Positions 55,021-61,794 of a DNA stretch of 61,794 nucleotides are shown one piece after another. This DNA is from Bacteroidota bacterium. Its GTDB lineage: Bacteria > Bacteroidota > Ignavibacteria > UBA10030 > SZUA-254. The stretch covers positions 1-61,794 of the forward strand of contig JASEHD010000002.1 of assembly GCA_030019075.1 (NCBI GenBank). Direction: 5' to 3'. A model generated the notes under the pieces. It saw only the letters and a list, made by a program, of their open reading frames with translations, made no database searches and was not told where the DNA came from. Both the position numbers and the translations under genes were made by a program. Position 1 is the stretch's first letter, and each line of letters begins with the position of its first letter.

Positions 55021-56220
55021 ATGTCTGAAAAGCGATTTGATTTATCGAAGTTGAAGATCAGTCGAGAAGAAAATCCACCATCCGGACCGGAATCGCCCCC
55101 ATCCCGTCCACACATAGCATATTTCCTTTATATAGGAGCTGCCCTATTTATTGGATTTGGAATTTATTTCTTTTTGATAAACATAATTAAATCGGATGAA
55201 ATAGTCGAAGTTACAACCGTCGTACAAATTTCTCCCGCACAAGCGGATGCAATTCTAACAGCGAGTGGTTACATAGTGGCACAGCGGAAAGCATCGGTTG
55301 CATCGAAAGCAACCGGTCGGCTTGTATATCTTGGTTTCAAAGAAGGTGATCAAGTACAAAAAGGAGAAATTATAGCTCGAATCGAGAGTGAAGATGTTGA
55401 AGCTGCACTTGCACAAGCAAAAGCAGAACTCGAAGTCGCAAATGCCGATAAAATAGATGCTGAGCAGTCACTCGAACGTGCTCAAAAATTATTTGAGCCG
55501 CAGTTGATTTCACAAGCTGAGTACGATGGAGTAAAAGCTCGTTATGATCGTGTCGCTGCAATAATTGCCTCGCGAAAAGCCGCTGTCAAAGCCGCCGAGG
55601 TACAATTAGAAAATACACTGATTCGTGCGCCATTCGATGGAACGATCTTGACGAAAAATGCTGATGTAGGTGAAGTTGTTGCACCATTTTCGGCGGGTGC
55701 AAGCTCTCGTGTTGCGGTGGTAACTTTAGCAGACATGCGTTCTCTCCAAGTCGAAGCTGATGTTTCCGAATCGAACATAGAACGAATTGACACTCAGCAA
55801 CCATGCGAAATTATTTTAGACGCATATCCTGATAAACGCTACCGCGGTTTTGTGGATAAAATCATACCAACAGCTGACCGGGCAAAAGCGACTGTCCTTA
55901 CAAAAATTCGATTTGCAGATATCGACCACCGAGTTCTTCCTGAGATGAGCGCAAAGGTTCACTTTCTGAAAAAACAATCGACAGACAGCATCGATGTAAA
56001 ACTTATACTCGCAGTTGAACGTGAAGCTATCACTAAAAGAAAGAATGAGGAGGTTGTTTTTCTCCTTGACAAACGAATTGTTCATGAAATACCGGTGACA
56101 CTCGGAAACACATACGGCAAAATGATAGAGATTAAATCAGGACTTTCACACGGCGATAAAATTATTTTAAGACCCTCTTATAAACTCCAAAGTGGAACAA
56201 GTGTAAAAGTAAAAGACTGA
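55021..56220 (+). CDS. efflux transporter periplasmic adaptor subunit (HlyD/MacA family)
   Basis: 399 aa with one N-terminal TM helix. A coiled-coil hairpin follows (AALAQAKAELEVANADKIDAEQSLERAQKL). A beta-barrel region follows (IRAPFDGTIL). Confidence 0.88.
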   Translation: MSEKRFDLSKLKISREENPPSGPESPPSRPHIAYFLYIGAALFIGFGIYFFLINIIKSDEIVEVTTVVQISPAQADAILTASGYIVAQRKASVASKATGRLVYLGFKEGDQVQKGEIIARIESEDVEAALAQAKAELEVANADKIDAEQSLERAQKLFEPQLISQAEYDGVKARYDRVAAIIASRKAAVKAAEVQLENTLIRAPFDGTILTKNADVGEVVAPFSAGASSRVAVVTLADMRSLQVEADVSESNIERIDTQQPCEIILDAYPDKRYRGFVDKIIPTADRAKATVLTKIRFADIDHRVLPEMSAKVHFLKKQSTDSIDVKLILAVEREAITKRKNEEVVFLLDKRIVHEIPVTLGNTYGKMIEIKSGLSHGDKIILRPSYKLQSGTSVKVKD

Positions 56221-56244
56221 GACTTGGATCATTAATCAGATTGG

Positions 56245-56922
56245 ATGACGAATATGGCGATTGTATCCGTAAAAAATATTTCAAAATCATATTGGAGAGA
56301 TTCCTTAGAGATTCCGGTACTCAGGAATATTTCCTTCGAGGTTCCGGAGGGAGAATTCCTCGGACTAATGGGTCCTTCGGGTTCAGGGAAAACAACTCTC
56401 CTTAACCTAATTGCCGGCATCGATCAGCCAACGCGCGGAACAATAACGGTAGCAAATACAGATGTTACCCGATTAAACGAATCCCAGCTTGCAAAGTGGC
56501 GAGCGCAAAATATCGGATTCGTATTTCAATTTTATAATTTACTCCCTGTGTTAACAGCATTCGAGAATGTAGAACTTCCACTTTTACTTTCGAAGCTTTC
56601 AAAAAAAGAGCGTAGAGAGCATGTCGAATTCTCGCTAAAGGTTGTAGGACTCGAAGATAGAATGCGTCACTACCCGAAACAGCTTTCGGGTGGACAGGAA
56701 CAGCGAGTTGCCATTGCACGTGCCATCGTTACTGATCCCACAATCTTGATCGCTGACGAGCCAACCGGCGATCTTGATAAAACCTCCGCATTAGAGATTC
56801 TTGATCTCTTAGAACAGCTTAATAAAGAATTTAAAAAGACAATCATAATAGTTACTCACGACCCACGCGCTGCCGAGAAGGCACATATAATCAAACAATT
56901 AGACAAGGGTGAACTGACTTAA
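56245..56922 (+). CDS. ABC transporter ATP-binding protein (MacB/LolD-like)
   Basis: Walker A GPSGSGKTT, signature LSGGQEQR and Walker B ILIADEPTGDLD. Confidence 0.92.
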   Translation: MTNMAIVSVKNISKSYWRDSLEIPVLRNISFEVPEGEFLGLMGPSGSGKTTLLNLIAGIDQPTRGTITVANTDVTRLNESQLAKWRAQNIGFVFQFYNLLPVLTAFENVELPLLLSKLSKKERREHVEFSLKVVGLEDRMRHYPKQLSGGQEQRVAIARAIVTDPTILIADEPTGDLDKTSALEILDLLEQLNKEFKKTIIIVTHDPRAAEKAHIIKQLDKGELT

Positions 56923-56933
56923 GGCGAAGTAAA

Positions 56934-58094
56934 ATGCGTATTTTAAAGCTCATCCTCAAAAATCTACTTCGACATAAACTCCGAACACTTCTAACGATAC
57001 TCGGAATTACTATCGCTGTTGCAGCTTTTGGATTACTCAGAACTGTAGTTACGGCGTGGTATGCTGGTGTCGAGGCATCTTCTGTCAATCGTCTTATTAC
57101 TAGACATTCAGTTTCATTTATCTTTCCGTTACCTCTCGCTTACCGTGATCGAATAATAAAACTCGATGGTGTTGAGCGAGTTACCTTTGCAAATTGGTTT
57201 AGCGGAGTTTATAAAGATAAGAAACAATTTTTTGCACGTATGGCTGTTGATGCGGAAACTTTCTTTGATGTTTATCCCGATCTTCTCGTCCCAAAGGATC
57301 AACTTGAAGCTTTTAAGCGAGACCGAAGCGGTTGTATAATTGGTAATCAAATTGCTGAGCGGTATAATTTAAAGATCGGCGATGTTATGCCGATAGAGGG
57401 AGATATTTATCCCGGACGTTGGGAATTTACAGTTCGGGGAATCTATACTCCCCGCGATAAAATAACCGATCCTTCGAACATGCTCTTTCAATGGCAGTAT
57501 CTCGATGAACGCGTTCGTGAAGAGTGGCCCGGCCGTGCTGGGGTAATTGGCTGGTATATTATCCAAATTAATGATCCAGAAAAAACTGCCATTATCTCGA
57601 CACAAATAGATCAATATTTTAAAAATTCACCGGCTGAAACAAAAACAGAAACCGAGCGAGCATTTACTTTATCATTCATGGCAATGTTCAGTGCTGTTAT
57701 TACATCAATGAATGTCATTTCTTTCGTAATCATTGGAATTATTTTACTTGTCCTTGGCAATACAATGATAATGGCTGCAAGGGAACGAATTCACGAGTAT
57801 GCTGTCTTAAGAACACTTGGGTTTTCTACTTCTCATCTCATTACGCTTATTGCAGGAGAATCTCTCACAATTGCAATCCTCGGCGGTGTTATTGGAATCG
57901 CATTAACATTTCCGATGGCGCAAGGTTTTGAAGCTGCAATGCCAAAAGGATGGTTCCCCATCTTCAACGTTGAAAATATTACTTTGATACTTGCAAGCTC
58001 TGCTGCTATTCTGGTTGGTGTACTTGCATCGGTTTTCCCGATTCAGCGTACTCTCAACACAAAAATAGTTGATGGTCTTCGGCAGATTGGTTAA
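56934..58094 (+). CDS. ABC transporter permease (FtsX/MacB-type)
   Basis: 386 aa. The layout is an N-terminal TM helix, a periplasmic domain, then a C-terminal 3-TM FtsX module (YAVLRTLGFS). Confidence 0.87.
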   Translation: MRILKLILKNLLRHKLRTLLTILGITIAVAAFGLLRTVVTAWYAGVEASSVNRLITRHSVSFIFPLPLAYRDRIIKLDGVERVTFANWFSGVYKDKKQFFARMAVDAETFFDVYPDLLVPKDQLEAFKRDRSGCIIGNQIAERYNLKIGDVMPIEGDIYPGRWEFTVRGIYTPRDKITDPSNMLFQWQYLDERVREEWPGRAGVIGWYIIQINDPEKTAIISTQIDQYFKNSPAETKTETERAFTLSFMAMFSAVITSMNVISFVIIGIILLVLGNTMIMAARERIHEYAVLRTLGFSTSHLITLIAGESLTIAILGGVIGIALTFPMAQGFEAAMPKGWFPIFNVENITLILASSAAILVGVLASVFPIQRTLNTKIVDGLRQIG

Positions 58095-58098
58095 TGTT

Positions 58099-59274
58099 AT
58101 GAAACTACCTTTAAAATATACGCTTCGGAATATGTGGACACGACGGCTCACAACTGTGCTAACGATAACAGGATTAGCACTTGTTATATTCGTTTTCTCT
58201 GCCGTGCTTATGATGGCTTATGGCATTCAGAAGACGCTGGTCGAAACAGGTTCAGAGGATAATATCGTAATTCTCCGTAAAGCGGCAACGAGCGAAATAA
58301 CAAGCATCATCATGCAAGATCAAGCAAATATTATCAACGCGCTGCCCAATATTGCTAAATCAATAGAAGGCAAACCTCTTATCTCGAATGAAATCGTTGT
58401 CATCATTAATCTTCCTTACATCAAGAAGGAAGGCGGATTTGGGAATATCCTGGTTCGGGGAATAACTTCAGAAGGCATCCAGTTGCGTCCCCAAGTTAAA
58501 TTAGTTGAAGGAAGATTATTTCAATGGGGTTCCAGAGAAATTATTGTGGGTATGAACATTCACACGAGATTTCAGGGATGTAACATTGATGAGAAAGTGA
58601 AATTCGGCGGTGATGAATGGACCATTGTTGGATTATTCGATGCAGGCGGCAGTGGATTTGATTCGGAAGTATGGGGTGATGAGGTACAGCTCGCTCAAGC
58701 ATTCGGCTACGCGGGCGCTTATTCTTCAATTATTGCTAAATTAGAAAGACGCGATGGCTTTGATGAATTCGTCTCAACTTTTAACAAAGATTTGCGTCTA
58801 CAAACTTTGGAAGTGAAAAGTGAAATAAAATTTTATGAAGAACAGTCTGAGGTTATGGCAATGTTCATCAGAATCTTAGGCATCGTTGTAACTATTATTT
58901 TCAGTCTCGGAGCAATGATCGGAGCGATGATTACTATGTACGCCGCTGTATCTAACCGGACGGTTGAGATTGGAACATTACGCGCGCTTGGATTCCGTCG
59001 GCGTAACATTCTTAGTGCATTTCTAATCGAGTCGTTTGCACTCGCTTTGATTGGCGGATTAATTGGATTGTTACTTGCATCCATTTTGCAATTCTTTCAA
59101 ATATCGATGACCAACTTTGGTTCATTTGCTGAACTCGCTTTCAGTTTCTCATTATCACCATCTATAATTATCAGTTCGCTTATTTTCTCATTTATAATGG
59201 GATTTATAGGTGGATTTTTACCTGCAGTTCGTGCAGCTCGCTTGAATATTGTTAATGCTCTTAGATCAGCATAA
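58099..59274 (+). CDS. ABC transporter permease (FtsX/MacB-type)
   Basis: The ATG at 58099 gives MKLPLKYTLRNMWTRR. It has the same architecture as the preceding gene (EIGTLRALGFRR). Confidence 0.87.
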   Translation: MKLPLKYTLRNMWTRRLTTVLTITGLALVIFVFSAVLMMAYGIQKTLVETGSEDNIVILRKAATSEITSIIMQDQANIINALPNIAKSIEGKPLISNEIVVIINLPYIKKEGGFGNILVRGITSEGIQLRPQVKLVEGRLFQWGSREIIVGMNIHTRFQGCNIDEKVKFGGDEWTIVGLFDAGGSGFDSEVWGDEVQLAQAFGYAGAYSSIIAKLERRDGFDEFVSTFNKDLRLQTLEVKSEIKFYEEQSEVMAMFIRILGIVVTIIFSLGAMIGAMITMYAAVSNRTVEIGTLRALGFRRRNILSAFLIESFALALIGGLIGLLLASILQFFQISMTNFGSFAELAFSFSLSPSIIISSLIFSFIMGFIGGFLPAVRAARLNIVNALRSA

Positions 59275-59302
59275 ATATTTTATTTATAATAGGAGAAATA
59301 AT

Positions 59303-59767
59303 ATGAAACTCTATCGAATTCTAATCCTCACTTTTATTTTAACAATCTTCTCTTCAACGAATTCCTTGAGTCAAGATCATCGCTTTGGTGCGGGTATTAT
59401 GATCGGCGAACCAACAGGTATTAATCTTAAAGGATGGCTCACTAAAAAAACGGCAATTGATGTTGGGCTGGCATGGTCGTTTGTCAAAGAAACATCTTTC
59501 CACATCCACAGTGATTACTTGATTCATTCTTTTGATGTTTTTGAAACGAAAGAGAATATCTCACTGTATTATGGCATTGGTGGTAGAATTAAAATAGGTG
59601 ACCATGATAAATCTCGCTTAGGATTTCGGATGGTTGGGGGTATCAATTACATTTTCAGAGAGGCACCATTTGATTTATTTTTAGAAGTGGCTCCCATCCT
59701 CGATTTAGTACCTAAGACCGAATTAACTATGAATGCAGGATTTGGCGCAAGGTATTTCTTTAGATAA
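59303..59767 (+). CDS. small outer-membrane beta-barrel protein candidate
   Basis: The ATG at 59303 follows AGGAG. Signal MKLYRILILTFILTIFSS. Alternating strands end in an aromatic C-terminus (GFGARYFFR). Confidence 0.55.
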   Translation: MKLYRILILTFILTIFSSTNSLSQDHRFGAGIMIGEPTGINLKGWLTKKTAIDVGLAWSFVKETSFHIHSDYLIHSFDVFETKENISLYYGIGGRIKIGDHDKSRLGFRMVGGINYIFREAPFDLFLEVAPILDLVPKTELTMNAGFGARYFFR

Positions 59768-60263
59768 AATCTTCATCTTGAGATGATAGAAATTATTGAA
59801 ATATTTATTCGCTTTTTTTTTGAATAACTGATGTTTCACAAAACTCCCATTCTGAGGCAACCAAAATGAACGTTGCCCATTTCTCAATTGAAAATGACGA
59901 TTCTTGATATTTGTCATTAGTATTCCATATGAAGTGCGGGAGAAGAATCTTGATGTATGGTTTTCATTCATTTTTGAGATATTTCGGGGCTATCTCAAAA
60001 GTTACTCTCAAATGCACCCGTCTGCTCCGCCAGAGATGGATTCGGCGGGCAGGCACAAAGTTAATATTGACATTCGTGAGTAATAAAGTTATATTAAACC
60101 ACAATGGAAATCCATAGATTATGGATAAATATTTTTCTTACCAAGGATAGCAAAAATAAAAAAGTAAAAAATATTTTTTAACACAGAATAGGATTCATCA
60201 CATGGCAGAGTCAAGTGTAATGAAAAAATCAATGACTTCGTCACTAGACGAGCAATTGTTAAC

Positions 60264-60332
60264 AACCCACTTGCATTCCGGGCAATCCGCCAGAAGCGGA
60301 AAGAACGGAGTGTGGTGGGTTTTTGCGTTTTT
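60264..60332 (+). terminator. long interrupted hairpin plus T-run directly upstream of the SBBP gene (terminator/attenuator candidate)
   Basis: AACCCAC..CATTCCG..CCGC-CAGAA-GCGG..CGGAGTG..GTGGGTT is followed by TTTGCGTTTTT. Confidence 0.35.
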
Positions 60333-60361
60333 AAAAACTTGAGATGATGAAAGGAAAGAAT

Positions 60362-61420
60362 ATGATACTTAGAAACTTTGAACATACTTACTCAGTGCTT
60401 GGGTGCGTTGTATTCGTGCTGATGTGCATCTCAGCTTGTATCCAAAAGGCCGATGCCCAAGAAATCCTCTGGAAAAAAACTTTTGATACTGGTTGGGACG
60501 ATTTCGCTTCGGATGTTTGCAGTGATAGTTTCGGCAATGTGATTGTTACAGGAACAACATATGGCGGTGTAAATAATTATCATGATTGGCTTACCATAAA
60601 ATATAATAAGAATGGAGATACAGTATGGACAAGACGTTTTGATAATAGTTCGTATGATATTGCGTATGGTATTGCTACAGACCGATGGGGAAATATTATT
60701 GTTGCTGGAGAAACCCACACTGATTCGACAGGATGCGATTACTGTATAGTTAAATATTCTCCTCAGGGAGATGTTATATGGTTGCGGACATTAAGCACCG
60801 ATAGTCTTGGAATGGGGGAAGCACACAGCGTTGCGGTCGATTCTAAAGGTAATATTATTGTGACCGGCACCAGTACATTTCCTCCTGCGGTGACAGTATC
60901 ACCCGACTATGTTACAGTAAAATATGACACAGCAGGTACTCTACTCTGGATGCGTGTATATAATTATGCCTATGAGGATATCGCACAGTGTGTGACTGTA
61001 GACGATTCTGATAACATTATTGTAACGGGGTATTCCACTGATTCGAGCCAATCTTATAATTGGGACTGGTGCACAATAAAATACAGCTCAAGTGGTGACA
61101 CATTGTGGATGAAGAGGGAAGATGTAGGGCGGGACGACCGTGCTTATTCCACAACGATTGATCGTTCTAGTAACGGAGTACTTGTAGCGGGTGGGCTCGG
61201 TAAAGATGGAACGATCGTGAAGTATAATGGAACGACAAGGAGTGAATTATGGAGAAAAAATTTCAACTGGGTTGGACTAATTGTAGGTATATCAACCGAT
61301 AACAATCACAATATATACTTCACTAGTTTGTACACTCCCCTAGTGTACTGTCCCAAACGCTTCTCGACATATATTAACTTTCGCAATTATAGTATCAGCA
61401 TCCTTTGTCCATTTAAATAA
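60362..61420 (+). CDS. SBBP beta-propeller-repeat secreted protein, 3' end interrupted by an IS630-family element
   Basis: Repeats: DWLTIKYNKNGDTVWTRRF, DYCIVKYSPQGDVIWLR, DYVTVKYDTAGTLLWMRVY and DWCTIKYSSSGDTLWMK. The frame runs into IS sequence after about 61325. Confidence 0.7.
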   Translation: MILRNFEHTYSVLGCVVFVLMCISACIQKADAQEILWKKTFDTGWDDFASDVCSDSFGNVIVTGTTYGGVNNYHDWLTIKYNKNGDTVWTRRFDNSSYDIAYGIATDRWGNIIVAGETHTDSTGCDYCIVKYSPQGDVIWLRTLSTDSLGMGEAHSVAVDSKGNIIVTGTSTFPPAVTVSPDYVTVKYDTAGTLLWMRVYNYAYEDIAQCVTVDDSDNIIVTGYSTDSSQSYNWDWCTIKYSSSGDTLWMKREDVGRDDRAYSTTIDRSSNGVLVAGGLGKDGTIVKYNGTTRSELWRKNFNWVGLIVGISTDNNHNIYFTSLYTPLVYCPKRFSTYINFRNYSISILCPFK

Positions 61421-61794
61421 TTTAGGATTTTCATTATGCTTTGTCAGAAATAGCTTGATAGCTGCCTCAAGTACCCTTACCGAACTAAATGAACCTCTTC
61501 TAATCATCTTATTTGTTATCGTACTAAAAAATCTTTCTACCATATTTAGCCACGATGATGACGTGGGAGTGAAATGAAACTTAAACCGTGGATGTTTCTT
61601 TAACCATTTTTTTACATTCTCAGTTTTATGTGTGCTATAATTATCCATTATCAAATGCAAGTCTAATCCCTTAGGTGTTTTTCTATCTATCAATTGTAGA
61701 AAGTCGATAAATTCTTTGTGCGTATGTTTTTTGTAACATTCTCCAATCACTTTCCCATCAAGCATGTTTAATGCCGCAAAAAGCGATGTTGTTC
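61325..61794 (-). mobile_element. IS630-family insertion sequence, partial (continues beyond the window)
   Basis: It contains the C-terminal DDE part of a transposase. The left boundary is approximate (plus or minus 15 nt), because only one end is in the window. Confidence 0.65.
61340..61794 (-). CDS. IS630-family transposase, C-terminal part (5' end outside the window)
   Basis: HLIMDNYSTHKT...HFTPTSSSWLNMVERFFS is the IS630/Tc1-like DDE region. The frame stays open to the window edge (TTSLFAALNMLDGKVIG). Confidence 0.85.
   Translation of the reverse strand, partial: TTSLFAALNMLDGKVIGECYKKHTHKEFIDFLQLIDRKTPKGLDLHLIMDNYSTHKTENVKKWLKKHPRFKFHFTPTSSSWLNMVERFFSTITNKMIRRGSFSSVRVLEAAIKLFLTKHNENPKLFKWTKDADTIIAKVNICREAFGTVH

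Noticed and set aside
55277-55293. Sigma-54 promoter (TGGCAC)
   Set aside because: There is no TTGC element at the required 5-nt spacing, and the site lies inside the adaptor-subunit CDS.
60264-60332. Small SRP (4.5S) RNA
   Set aside because: There is superficial similarity (a CCGC-loop-GCGG apical stem followed by GGAAAGAAC). However, the loop is CAGAA rather than a GNRA tetraloop, and the conserved CAGG/AGCA symmetric-loop residues are not present.
59911-60385. ORFs 59911..60117 (+) and 60119..60385 (-) in the long spacer
   Set aside because: There is no RBS-like context. The composition is atypical (Arg/Cys/Phe-rich), there are no motifs, and the second overlaps the start of the SBBP gene.

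Overview
This is a low-GC chromosomal segment. Hand counts of single 60-nt lines gave about 37-38% G+C in ordinary genes. It looks like an FCB-group, Ignavibacteria-like bacterium, because several proteins carry T9SS C-terminal sorting domains ([11 protein letters not shown]...); this taxonomic call is an inference.

Core genes:
- A long minus-strand array: glmM, an orphan EutN/CcmL gene, dprA, DUF3109, rpoN, hslV and hslU.
- AmmeMemoRadiSam proteins A and B, a long-form sugar nucleotidyltransferase, a crotonase, glyQS, a ZIP transporter, deoC, SPOR proteins, panE, mltG and tsaD.
- A MacA/MacB-type ABC efflux operon.

Accessory content:
1. Two toxin-antitoxin modules upstream of glmM (RelBE and a shortened MazF-like pair). 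The RelBE cassette is bracketed by a 59-bp duplication of the glmM 5' end.
2. A PorV/PorQ gene next to four consecutive T9SS cargo genes. Their CTD-coding 3' ends are near-identical at nucleotide level, and one CTD is frameshifted.
3. A Type III restriction-modification operon with a DinD homologue between mod and res.
4. An accessory stretch upstream of tsaD with a retropepsin-like protease cassette between 37-bp direct repeats and a hicBA module. It also holds a visibly GC-richer two-gene islet encoding a predicted reader-domain/PD-(D/E)xK nuclease fusion plus a lipoprotein.
5. An IS630-family element that truncates an SBBP beta-propeller gene at the window end.

The most unusual theme is a family of short-word (heptamer/nonamer) repeat and palindrome elements. 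They occur as MITE-like intergenic hairpins with shared termini. They also form inverted arms around a four-helix-bundle (23S IVS/Avd-family) gene. Apparent in-frame copies sit inside glmM, the Type III mod gene, tsaD and a T9SS cargo gene.

I could not identify any rRNA gene, tRNA gene or CRISPR array.
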